Positions 41,257 through 55,005 of a DNA stretch of 64,000 nucleotides are shown piece after piece. A program made the translations under genes and the position numbers. The notes beneath the pieces were generated by a model, which saw only the letters and a list, made by a program, of their open reading frames with translations, had not been told where the DNA came from and did no database searches. Each line of letters starts with the position of its first letter. Position 1 is the first letter of the stretch. Origin of the DNA: Eledone cirrhosa (Eukaryota); assembly GCA_964016885.1 (NCBI GenBank), contig OZ024741.1:387004001-387068000 (forward strand). Direction: 5' to 3'.

Positions 41257-41535
41257 TTACATGTATAATATATATACATATATATATATTAAAAAGGTCA
41301 TGTAGGTGTCACGACAAAAAGTACCCAGTCCACACTGTAAAGTGGTCATGTAGGAGACACAGTAAAAAGGCTCCCAGTCCACACTGTAAATGTGGTTGGT
41401 ATTAGGAAGGGCATCCAGCCATAGAAAACCTGCTAGATACAGTCCTATACGAGCGAGACACGGTCACCCAATCGATCTTGCCTCAAGTGGGACAATTCCC
41501 ATCTAACATATGATAGCGTGATAGATAGACATTAA

Positions 41536-41579
<44 letters not shown>

Positions 41580-41785
41580 ACACACATTAAAATGATAAAA
41601 ATATAAATTGTTACCTCGTAAATATTACATTTTGGAAACACATGAGCACAAAGGTTAAGATTAAGCGTAATGAGATATAAACATTCGTATTGAACAAACA
41701 GGTTATAATATTTTAAGTTTTTCAAATAAAAAATACAGGACAAATCAAATATATACACATATTCAACTATATATATACATACACA

Positions 41786-41825
<40 letters not shown>

Positions 41826-41849
41826 GCATCTAAAAATCTAAAGTCTGTC

Positions 41850-42112
41850 TTAAGCCAGAAGGCTCATTTAGCCAGTGCCTATTCTGGTTTCATGGCATGA
41901 AGCGACTGAGAGTACAAGACTTCCCCCTGGACAGGACACTAGTCCATCGCAGGGTTAAAGCCACAGCTATTGCTAGTACACATTTCCAGGTGAGTATAGT
42001 GGAGCAATGTGAAATGAAGTGTTTTGCTCAAGAACATAACACCCAACCCAGGAATTGAACCCATGACATTATGATCGTAAGTCCAATACCCTTACCACTA
42101 GGCCACACTCCT
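41850..42112 (-). mobile_element. tRNA-derived SINE
   Basis: Minus strand: TGGCCTAGTGG A-box, GGTTCAATTCC B-box, TGTTCTTGAGCAAAACACTT. Confidence 0.8.
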
Positions 42113-42165
42113 CCACACACACACACATATATATGTATGCCTTCACAAACTATATATATATATAT

Positions 42166-42366
42166 ATAATGAAGGAGTTGTGGTAAGGAACCAGATGGAC
42201 CATAACGCACCAGAGTACTCAATACTTAGGGTAGTAGAGTGGGTAATAGGAAAATGTATGACCCCGACAGCAGAGCTCAATCCGTTTCGACAGCTATTTC
42301 TGGACTCAAAGTCCAGAAATAGCCATCGAAACGGCTTGAGCTCTGCCGTCGGGATCATACATTTTC
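42166..42366. mobile_element. Penelope pLTR end-fragment with a 117-bp fold-back carrying half-hammerheads
   Basis: 42166-42305 resembles the reverse complement of 47250-47392; palindrome 42250-42366 contains GAAA-CGGC..GCCG-TC; (TA)n on both sides. Confidence 0.8.
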
Positions 42367-42372
42367 ATATAT

Positions 42373-42455
<83 letters not shown>

Positions 42456-42552
42456 TCATCATCGTTTAACGTCCATCTTCCACGCTTGCATGGGTTTGGA
42501 AATATATATACATATATATGATGATGATGATGATGATGATATATATATATAT

Positions 42553-44621
<2,069 letters not shown>

Positions 44622-44705
44622 CACCCTTGCAAGCAGGGAAAAGCGGACGTAAAATGATGATGATGATGATGATGATAATATATATATATATATACACACA
44701 TTGGT

Positions 44706-44925
44706 GACGGCGTGTGGCTGACTGGTTAGGGAATTGGATTCGCAATCGTGAGGTTGTGAGTTTGATTCCGGGGCCGGGCGATGCATTATGTCCTTGAGCA
44801 AGACACTTTATTTCACGTTGCTCCTACTACTTGGAGTTGCAACCGATAGATAGTATTAGCAATTGGAAAGACCAACGGAAACATTTTTTCCTCGGTCCGA
44901 TTTGACGAAAGTCAATCGTCTGTCG
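44706..44925 (+). mobile_element. tRNA-derived SINE (second copy at 52805-53025)
   Basis: TGGCTGACTGG A-box, AGTTTGATTCC B-box, TGTCCTTGAGCAAGACACTT; closely similar to 52805-53025. Confidence 0.8.
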
Positions 44926-45403
44926 ATATGGTAATTGTTTTGCGTATGCTTGTGTATGTACGTATTTGTTTGCGTGTATGTATTTATTTGTTTCTATTAC
45001 TTCTGTATTGTATTTATTTACTTTGTTCTTAACTCTGTAGCGGAGATTCATTCGGTCTCCTAGTTAGAATTTTAGTCTACGACTTCTGCTATACCATTTA
45101 CGTGGTTTTGTCTTTGCGTGCTATTGTTCTCCACGCTCCACATATGACGTATTATCTTCGTTTTTTTTGTTCATTGCCAGAGAACGTCTCTATGCACCAC
45201 CTAAGAGAACATTAGTCTTCAACCTCTTTTATACCATAAATGTGGTTCTGTCTTTGCGCGTAATTGTTTTTCACCGCTCCTATTAATGACGTATCTTATT
45301 CGTTTTTTCCCCTTCTTTGCCAGCGAACGTCACCATGAACCAAAGTATCGTCTTTCTGTCTTCCTCCGGTTGCAACGTTTTTTGAAATATCCACTTCTGC
45401 GTT

Positions 45404-45479
45404 TACAGATTGACTTTGTTAGTTTCAGAAGATCCCGTTAAGGGTGAAAGCAGCGATTTTGCTTAAACTTTAATCTGTT
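45404..45479 (+). ncRNA. Hammerhead-like motif, CAGAAGA family
   Basis: AGTTT-CAGAAGA-TCCCGTTAAGGGT-GAAA-GCAGCGATTTTGC-TT-AAACT. Confidence 0.55.
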
Positions 45480-45520
45480 ATTTTAATAAATATATATATA
45501 TATATATAGGAACCAGTAAG

Positions 45521-45614
45521 ACCCCGACGGCTGAGCTCAAGCCATTTCGACGGCTAATTCTGGACTAAATGAAAATTTATCCTGGTATTTAAATAGCCGA
45601 GCTTCTCAAGGGGT
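45521..45614 (-). ncRNA. Type-I hammerhead, U3-A8 core variant (sense copy of the element)
   Basis: Minus strand: ACCCC-TTGAGAA-GCTCGGCTA...TAGCCGTC-GAAA-TGGCTTGAGCTCAGCCG-TC-GGGGT. Confidence 0.75.
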
Positions 45615-46734
45615 AATTCCATGTATGGTCAAAGTGATTGTCAAAAGTCAGTAGTAATTCTGTGATTGCAAATTAGTAGGGGAGATGGTGGCTAAACCTG
45701 CCAGTAGGAGAAAAAGGGGAGGGGGTGGAGTAGACCCAATCATGCGTTGGTAGTGCCATCTACAGCTGGGCATGAGGTCAAAGAAGATACTGGGGAGGGG
45801 GAGGGGGAGGAAGTCGAAACGGTAGGTAGAACAATGAGGGGTAAAAATATATATATGAAAGAAAAAATACTGAGAGTGATGAAAAGCGAATAAGTGTAAA
45901 GAAAAAAGAGTATAAAAGCAAGTTCTACGACCTAAGTCTCTAGCTATTGTTAGGCTAGATAAATAAATAAAGAAAGAAAGAAAGAAATAAAGAAATAACG
46001 AAATAAGTAAATAAATTAGGTGGGACGGAATAGGCAAGGACCCTTTTAAGAGGTATAAGTACGTAAATGATACGGTGACGGGTCAACAAATGGGACCAAA
46101 ATACTAAAGAAACTACCACGAAATAAATAATAAAGGTTTCTATCCCGGACACAAGGCCAGCAACCACCCAGTGCAGCAAAGTAAACTAGTACGAGATAAT
46201 AATTCTGAGTCCCGAAAAAAATATATACTAATGCTAACTCTAAAGGTACCGCCGCGCTACAAAAGATCTTATACAAGCTACATGAAAGTTCGTACGAAGT
46301 AAAGGTAGAAAACGGAAAAATAAATTCAGAATCCACCCCGCCCAAAAGAAAAGAGAAGAAAGAAATACTGAAACGAGAAAATAAGGCATAAGTGCCACTA
46401 AGAAATATAGAAGGCACGGAAAATAGTGGGAGCGGACGGAAAAGGGGGCAAGTATCCGAGGTCTAACACAACTGCTAAAAAAGCGGAGTCCGCCAAATCT
46501 ATCATAGACTAGGGGAGGGGGTGGGGGTACTGAGGCTACAAGGGGCCAAAGGGTAGCATCGGGTGGGCGAGAAAAGACGCCGGCAAAGAAGAAGAACTGG
46601 GGTTGAAGGACTAAGGAGGGATGGGGGGAAGAAGGAAATAAAGGAAGCGATAAAAGAATAAAAAGAAGATCTTACGTCTCCCTTGGCAAGCAGGGGTTAC
46701 CCATTGCAAAATCGGCAAGTGGGGTGTTATAGCC

Positions 46735-47106
46735 CTAGTCTACCCCCTGCGGGTCATTATGGGGTTTGAGGGCGAGGTAAGTCCTACGCAATCTGTGTTT
46801 ACATGCAGTAACCAGTTCATCTTTCTTGTTTAGGAGTTGGTCCGTCGAAAACAGCATTTGTAAAGTTTCCTCCGAGCATAAATTGCACGGACGGCGTCCT
46901 CCGGTGTAAGAATTGGCTCTGGACAGTAATCTCCAAGTGAGATCATATGTGATGTTGTTGTCCTTGAGGTCCCATATGTGGCCCGAAAGTGTAGTGGCGT
47001 GACGCCGGGCCGGGTTTCGGAAGGTATGTCTATGTTGGTATAGCCGGGTCTTGAAATCACATGCGGTTAGTCCTATATAAGCTTTGTTGGAGGTGTCCGT
47101 CCTCAC
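46735..47106 (-). pseudogene. Penelope-like GIY-YIG endonuclease fragment
   Basis: KAYIGLT..FKTRLYQH..TLSGHIWDLK..W..CNLCSEE..LLNKKDEL..CKHR; homologous to the C-terminus of the 14409 ORF. Confidence 0.9.
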
Positions 47107-47202
47107 GTTGCACTGGCAGGTTTAGCCACCATCTCCCCTACTAATCTGCAATCACAGAATTACTACTGACTTTTGACAATCACTTTGACCATATATGGAA
47201 TT

Positions 47203-47296
47203 ACCCCTTGAGAAGCTCGGCTATTTAAATACCAGGATAAATTTTCATTTAGTCCAGAATTAGCCGTCGAAACGGCTTGAGCTCAGCCGTCGGGGT
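47203..47296 (+). ncRNA. Type-I hammerhead, U3-A8 core variant (inverted pLTR copy)
   Basis: ACCCC-TTGAGAA-G..CGGCTA[long insert]TAGCCG.C-GAAA-CGGCTTGAGCTCAGCCG-TC-GGGGT. Confidence 0.8.
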
Positions 47297-47414
47297 CTTA
47301 CTGGTTCCTATTACCCACTCTACTACCCTAAGTATTGAGTACTTTGGTGCGTTATGGTCCACCTGGTTCCTTACCACATTTCCTTCGTTATATATATATA
47401 TATATATACATATA

Positions 47415-47485
<71 letters not shown>

Positions 47486-47488
<3 letters not shown>

Positions 47489-47990
47489 AATGAAATAACA
47501 GGAGGCTGGACTGGTGTAAATCCTTGAAAGGTTTATTATACTATGATCATTTCAAATACCGGGTGATATCATCAGGTATTGGAATATAACAAAGGAATAT
47601 GTAAAAAGCCATGGGTCCGAAAAACCATGGGTCCGAGAAACCAGAGACAGAGAGGGCGGCTGATTAACTAGCTTCACAGCCAGCCACCCTCAAAGTTTCT
47701 CGGACCCATGGCTTTTTACATATTCCTTTGTTATATTCCAATACCTGATGATATCACCGGATTCATATGGAACCCGGTCATTGAAATGATCAAAGTATAA
47801 TAAACCTTTCAAGGATTTACACCAGTCCAGCCTCCTGTTATTTCATTTATAATTAACTCCATATTCGCACCACCAACTACACAAACGAAGATGGGTGAAC
47901 TGCACTGCGTTGAGTACTCTTCACAATATTACACCAGGATTGACCATACGGAATGACCAGTTCTATCCAGTGGTGAACCAACAAACCTTA
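47486..47990. mobile_element. Penelope-type pLTR fold-back with two minimal hammerheads
   Basis: Inverted repeat 47486-47850. Minus-strand 47538-47579 reads ATAC-CTGATGA-..-GAAA-TGATCA-TA-GTAT; the plus copy at 47741-47798 has AA at the cleavage site. Confidence 0.8.
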
Positions 47991-48037
47991 ACATATATAT
48001 ATATATATTCAATTACATATATATAAATGCGAGCATG

Positions 48038-51000
48038 CCTCTTTGTTTCGGCCGCGGATGGCTAACATAACCCCATCTCCCCCCGCTCCCCACCTTTCCA
48101 ACCCCCCAAACGCAATCCAAAACTTCAGATTTGGTACCTTGAATGTAGGCACCTTAAAGGGTCGCTCTAACGAGGTTGTAGAAATGCTTGAACGTAAGGA
48201 GGTCGATGTTTGTTGTATTCAAGAGACCAGGTGGAGGGGTGGATCTGCTAGATACATTGTGGGTAAAAAACGATGCTATAAGCTTTTCTGGGTGGGAAAC
48301 GACAATGGGCTGGGTGGAGTAGGAATCATGGTAGCAGAAAAGTGGGCAGATAAGATAATAGACGTAAATAGAGTGAACGACAGAATAATTAAAATAAGAC
48401 TTGTCCTCAATAGAACTACGGTGACAGTAATATCCGCGTACGCACCCCAATCCGGACTGCCCAGCACTATAAAAGACAGATTCTATGAGACACTGATGCT
48501 CACTACCTCCCAAATAACCGACAGTGACTATATAATTATTGCAAGCGACCTAAACGGTCACATTGGACAACATTGTGACGGCTACGACGAAATCCATGGA
48601 GGCTATGGGTTTGGTACTAGAAATGAGGAAGGCTCCAGAATCCTGGAATTCTGTGATGCAAATAACCTAACTATCTGTAACACTAACTTCAAAAAACGTG
48701 ACAATCACCTGATCACCTATAGATCCGGGGAACACACAAGCCAGGTAGATTATATCCTTACCAGAAGACGTGACAGAGTGTCTGTTGTAAACACTAAATC
48801 CCTCCCCCATGAAGAATGCACCTCCCAACATAGACTGATAATTAGCGACCTCACAGTCAGGACGAGACGTACTCGACAGCAGAAGAGGACTATCCTCAGG
48901 AGAAAAATATGGAAGCTAAAGGACCCCACAGCCAGAAATAAATTTCAAAGCATATTACTTGATGCTTTCGACAGTAAGGAAGAACATTTAGAGTTGGACA
49001 ATATAGAGGGACAGTGGGAATTTCTGAAAGCAAACCTGCTGATGGCGACAGACGAAGTCTGTGGCTGGAGCAGGCCTGTAGGCAGGAGGAGAGTAACATG
49101 GTGGTGGAACAGTAAGGTGGAGGGGTCAATTAAGGCCAAAAAGCAGGCTTGGAAAGTATGGCGGGATGGGGGAAGTAGAGAAGACTATCAAGTGGCCAGG
49201 AGGGAAGCTAGGAGACAAGTGTACTTAGCAAGAAGGGAAGCTGAGGAAAGAAAGTTCAAGCATGTTCTACAACGCGAGGACCAAAAACGTGAGGTGTTCA
49301 GGATTGCTAGGCAATGCGTCAAGGAAAACCGTGATATTGTCGGGGAGAAGTGTGTACTTAACGATGATGGCATACTTGCCATCACCGACGCTGATAAGAA
49401 GGTAGCTTGGAAGTGTCACTATGAAAGGCTACTAAATGAGGAGAATAAATGGGAGAAAGACAGTCTCCCCCATATCGACCCAATAGAGGGACCAGCAGTG
49501 TTAGTCGAGGGGAGTATAATAAGTAAGGCAATCAAGGATATGAAGACGGGTAGGCGGCTGGTCCTTCGGAAATAGTTGCTGAGATGCTGAAGGCATCTGG
49601 CACGGTGGGACACACCATGGTCACCCGCATAGTTAACCAAGTCGTACAGAATGGGGTTGTTCCGAAGGACTGGCATAGCAGCATCATCGTTAACTGTTAT
49701 AAGGGTAAAGGAGACGCCCTAGATAGAAGTAACTATAGAGGCATTAAATTAATCGACCAGGTCATGAAGGTCACGGAAAAAGTAATAGCGCAACTAATCA
49801 GAGAGAGAATTGACCTAGATGAAATGCAGTTCGGGTTTGTGTCAGGCAAAGGTACCACAGACGCTCTTTTCATTGTACGACAACTACAGGAGAAGTACCT
49901 AGCTAAAGGTAAACCCCTCTACTTAGCTTTTGTCGACTTGGAGAAAGCCTTCAACAGAGTCCCCCGCTCCATTATCTGGTGGGCTCTTAGAAAACTAGGT
50001 GTTGACGAATGGCTTGTGAGAGCTATACAAGCCATGTATAAAGAAACAGTCAGCAAGGTTAGAATTAACAACGAATATAGTGAAGAGTTTAGCGTAAAAG
50101 TTGGCGTCCATCAGGGCTCTGTTCTCAGCCCCCTACTATTTATTATTGCCCTTCAGGCTATAACAGAGGAGTTCAAGACCGGCTGCCCATGGGAACTCCT
50201 ATACGCAGACGACCTGACACTCATAGCGGAATCAATGGCCGAGCTAGAGAAGAAATTCCAAACATGGAAGCACGGCCTAGAATCAAAAGGACTTAAAATT
50301 AACCTGGCTAAGACTAAAGTTCTAGTTTGTAGGAAAGAAAATAAGGCGGCGGTCCCTTCTGGGAAATGGTCGTGCTTGGTGTGTAGGAAAGGCGTAGGTA
50401 GAAACTCCATTTTATGTCCTAAATGCAAAGTATGGGTGCATAAAAGATGTAGTGGGATCACAGGTAAGCTAACTAAGAACATAGATTTTACATGTGGCCA
50501 GTGCTCTGGTGCAATAAGTAGCAGCGAGTGCTCACAAAATACTAGCTCTTTCAATTGCGCAGAGGGTTCTATAGAAATAGTGGACAGCTTCCGTTACCTG
50601 GGTGATAAAATCAGCAGTGGGGGAGGGTGCTCTGAAAGTACAGTAGCTAGAGTCAGAACTGGTTGGAAAAAGTTCAGAGAGCTTATACCACTATTAGCTG
50701 CTAAAGGGTTCTCCCTAAAAATGAAAGGCAGGTTGTACGATGCCTGCATACGAACAGCAATGTTGCATGGCAGTGAGACCTGGGCATTGTGTGCAGAGGA
50801 TATACGCAGACTAGAGAGGAACGAAGCTTGCATGCTCCGCTGGATGTGTAACAGTAATATACGTGAACGGCAAAGCATAAACGAACTAAGGAAAAAATTA
50901 GAAATAAGAGCGATCAGATGTTGTTTACTCGAGAGAAGGCTACGTTGGTATGGACACGTGATGCGCATGAAAGTCGATAGCTGTATAACAAAGTGCAGGG

Positions 51001-51562
51001 CAATAAAGATAGACGGTAGCCACGGAATAGGCAGACCTAGAAAAACCTGGGACGAGCTGATAAACTCCGACCTCACACACTTACACCTCTCCAAGACAAT
51101 GTCACTGGACCGAGACCTTTGGCGGTACTCAGTAACAGAGAAGACCCGCCTTACCTAAATACATAGTAAAACCTACTACAGCCAGTAGGCAACTCTAACA
51201 AAATCCCCCCCCCCCCCGCCCCCGTCCCACCACCCCCACCCCATCCACACCACCCCGTTCTATGTAAAGTTATGTTGGTGCCACACCATCCAGGCCGAAA
51301 CAAATGAGATCGTGTAGGTGTCGCGACAAAAAAACACACAGTCCACGCTGTAATGTGGCCGTGTAGGCAACACGGTAAAAACCTCCCAGACCCACACTGT
51401 AAATGTGGTTGGTGTTAGGAAGGGCATCCAACTGTAGAAAACCTGCCAGACAGTCCTATGCGAGCAAGACAATCACTCTTGCCTCAAGTGGGACTACCTC
51501 CGTCCAAACCCATGCAAGCGTGGAACACGGACGTTAAACGTTGATGATGATGATGATGATGA
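48038..51562 (+). mobile_element. Long RTE LINE copy, one frameshift near 49555
   Basis: EN ORF 48043-49575 and RT ORF 49584-51158 are highly similar to the 37270 copy; (GAT)n tail. Confidence 0.95.
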
Positions 51563-51644
51563 TATATATATATATATGCATATATATATCATCATCATCC
51601 TCATCATTTTACGTCCGCTTTTCCCTGCTTGCAAGGGTGGGACT

Positions 51645-52105
51645 ATCATCATCATCATCATCATCATCACCATTTTACGTCCATTCTTTCACGCTAGCAT
51701 GGGTTAGACGGGTTGTCCTGTTGTGGGCAGTGTCTGGTCGGCTGACCATGTCTTGCTCATACAGGAACTGATTTGGCTTGATTTCTACAGCTGGATGCCC
51801 TTCCTAACACCAACCTCATTTAAAGTGAGTGCTGGGTGCTTTTTCGTGGCGCCTACACGTCCACTTTACAGTGTGGGCTGGGTGCTTTTTTGCCGTGGCA
51901 CCTCCACGACCACTTTGCGGTGGGGGGTGTGGGGGCATATTGTCTATATGCTTCAGCTTGTACCCATGGGAGGTCGGGTACTCTGTATTACTGCGTGACG
52001 CCAGAAGTCACGGTCGTGTGTCATTGTCTTTGTGAGGTGTAATTGGGTAAGGTCGGCTTTTATCACCTCATCCCAGGTCATCTTGGGTCTCCCCACTCCG
52101 CGGGA
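51645..52105 (-). mobile_element. RTE 3' fragment, tail-to-tail with the 48038 copy
   Basis: Near-identical to 42553-43005. Confidence 0.9.
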
Positions 52106-52117
52106 TATATATATTTT

Positions 52118-52214
52118 TTTATTAAAATAACAGATTAAAGTTTAAGCAAAGAATCGTTTCAGAAGATCCCGTTAAGGGTGAAAGCAGCGATTCTTTGCTT
52201 GTTATTTTAATAAA
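52118..52214. repeat. Fold-back remnant of the CAGAAGA hammerhead family
   Basis: TTAAAATAAC..AAGCAAAGAATCG-TTTCAGAAGATCCCGTTAAGGGTGAAAGCAG-CGATTCTTTGCTT-GTTATTTTAA; the 3' arm of stem I is deleted. Confidence 0.75.
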
Positions 52215-52302
52215 TATTTGCTCTACGGTTCATATATATTTGATATATATTTATCCTTATCGAGCCCTCTTTGGATTTTAGTCTTCAAATTTATTTTATT
52301 AC

Positions 52303-52340
<38 letters not shown>

Positions 52341-52353
52341 AATATATATATAT

Positions 52354-52567
52354 GTGTCAGGTAAAAGTACAACAGATGCTCTTTTCATTGTACGACAACT
52401 ACAGGAGAAGTACCTAGCTAAAAGTAAACCCCTATACTTAGCTTTTGTTGACTTGGAGAAAGCCTTTGACAGAGTACCCCGCTCGATTATCTGGTGGGCC
52501 CTTAGAAAACTAGGTGTTGATGAATGGCTTGTGAGAGCTATACAAGCCATGTATAAAGAAACAGCCA
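52354..52567 (+). mobile_element. Tail-less internal RTE RT fragment
   Basis: [35 protein letters not shown] matches 39226-39437; (TA)n on both sides. Confidence 0.9.
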
Positions 52568-53340
52568 TTGTATATATATATATATATATGTATATCATCA
52601 TCATCATCATCGTTTAACGTCCATATTCCACGCTCGCATGGGTTTGGACGGGAGTTTTTCCACTTGAGGCAAGAGTGGTTGTCTTGCTCACATCGGACTG
52701 TCTGGCGGGTTTTCTACGGCTGGATGCCCTTCCTAACACCAACCACATTTACAGTGTGGACCAACCACATTTACATATATATATATATATATATATAGTT
52801 TGTGAAGGCATGTGGCTGAGTGGTATGAGAAAATTGGATTTGCAATCGTGAGGTTGTGAGTTTGCTTCCTGGGCCGGGCGATGCATTAGTTATGTTCTTA
52901 AGCAAAACACTTTATTTTATGTTGCTCCTTCTACCTAGAGTTGCAACCGATAGATAGTATTAGCAATTGGAAAGACCAACGGAAACATTGTTTTCTCGGC
53001 CCAATTTGACAAAAGTCGATCGACTATGGATATATAGTTAGTTTGTTTACAAACCAAAGAATTTAAGAATTTATGGCATTTAATAACTGCCAATTGTTTC
53101 TACCCAGGTTATGCTACATATAGCAATTCATTTTATAGATGGTGGATGTCATCAGAGTTTAATTAAAATACTGAAACATAAATATATAAATACACATAAA
53201 TATACAGTATAAAAGTATTTTTCTGACTACAATGTTTTCTGAACTGTATTTCTAACTGTAAAATTTTATCGTAGTATATATATATATGTATGTATATATG
53301 TATGTATATATGTATGTATGTATATATGTATGTATGTATA

Positions 53341-54628
53341 TATGTCAGGTCACCAGTTGGTGCTACTGGTAACATGTATCCCAGTACAACCTGTCTCATG
53401 GTCGGGTCATTGCGACTGAACTGGCAACCCCACCAAGGTTTCTTGGTGAGGAGGGTGACTTTGGACATCCTGCAAGACTAAAAACAAAACCTGTCAAAAG
53501 GCAAAGGAGAGATGATCCCTTAGCCTTTGTCAAGGCAGAATTCTAGGAGTAGGAAAACTCTGATATAACACCTGCAACCCTGATGGTATCCAATGATGTT
53601 GACTTGTTCTTTTTGGTAAATATCATCTTGGTTAAGAGAGTGGGACTGGCTTTGTGCAGTGCCTTTGCTCACTATAAAAGCTTCACAGCACAGGCATCGC
53701 TTTATATCTGGAGATCTCTCTGCACTTGTCGTCACATGGTACCATGGGCCAAGCACTATGTGTCAATAATTGTCACAAGTGTAGTGTTTGTACCAGAGTT
53801 TTCAAGTCGCTGGCTGGACTAAAAAGTCACACTCGTTCAGCGCATCGGTAGGGGTTCTCCTAATGGATATAAAGTAGTGGCCGTACTCGAAAACGAGTTG
53901 GCAGCCACCATATGTATGTATATATATGTGTATATATATGTATTATATATATACACATATACATTTCCATGTATATATATGTATGTATATGTATATGTAT
54001 GTATATATATATGTATTATGTCAGGTCACCAGTTTGTGCTACTGGTAACATGTATCCCAGTACAACCAGACTCATGGTCGGGTCGTTGGCGACTAAACTG
54101 GCAACCCCACCAAGGTTTCTTGGTGAGGAGGGTGACTTTGGACATCCTGCAGGAATAAAAACAAAACCTGTCAAAGGGCAAAGGAGCTCTTAAGAGTCAA
54201 TGGCCATCCAAAATCACCCGGAGAGATGACCCCTTAGCCTTTGTCAGGGCAGAATTCTAGGAGAAGGAAAACTCTGATATAACAACTGCAACTCTGATGG
54301 TATCCAATGATGTTGACTTGTTCTTCTTTTTGGTAAATATCATCTTGGTTAAGAGAGTGGGACTGGCTTTGTGCAGTGCCTTTGCTCACTATAAAAGCTT
54401 CACGGCACAGGCATCGCTTTATATCTGGAGATCTCTCTGCACTTGTCGTCACATGGTACCATGGGCCCAGCACTATGTGTCAATAATTGTCACAAGTGTA
54501 GTGTTTGTACCAGAGTTTTCAAGTCACTGGATGGACTAAAAAGTCACACTCGTTCAGCGCATCGGTAGGGGTTCTCCTACATGGATATAAAGTAGTGGCC
54601 GTACTCGAAAACGAGTTGGCAGCCACCA
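53341..54628 (+). repeat. Tandem duplication of an unclassified element of about 570/610 bp
   Basis: Units 53341-53909 and 54017-54628 are highly similar; the second has an extra segment of about 35 bp; TA/TG microsatellite spacer. Confidence 0.9.
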
Positions 54629-54721
54629 TGTATATATGTATGTATATCATGCAGCCATAGGTTTTCCCAGATCAATAATAACTAGGTAAAATAGATAGAT
54701 AAGATGCAATTAAACATTTAA

Positions 54722-54768
<47 letters not shown>

Positions 54769-55005
54769 TTTCTTTATTAACCACAAGGGTTTACATAAAG
54801 TAGACATTAAGGACAATATAGGACGGTACAAATGGGCATTTCTGCATGTAAAAAACAAAAACAGAGGATGTAACAAAAAATAACAATGAAAAATTCCCCA
54901 ATAGGGGGAGACTTCGGAGGGATATTTGTGGAGAAAGCCTAGTAAAAGGCCACAATGACCCTGACCACCAAGGCAAGTGCCCTCTCCCAGTTTTCCACCT
55001 TTAAT

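Larger units (their letters stand above)
45507..47392 (-). mobile_element. 5'-truncated Penelope-like element with inverted pLTR
   Basis: GIY-YIG fragment at 46735-47106, then about 1.2 kb of 3' region; 45507-45705 is an inverted repeat of 47112-47310; both ends in (TA)n. Confidence 0.9.

Noticed and set aside
44706-44790. tRNA genes at SINE heads (also 42040-42112 and 52805)
   Set aside because: A/B boxes are present but no complete cloverleaf, and they continue into SINE body sequence.
53104-53170. Candidate upstream non-coding exon of the CCDC177-like gene (minus strand)
   Set aside because: Good acceptor (TTTCAG) but weak donor (GTAGAA); no supporting evidence.
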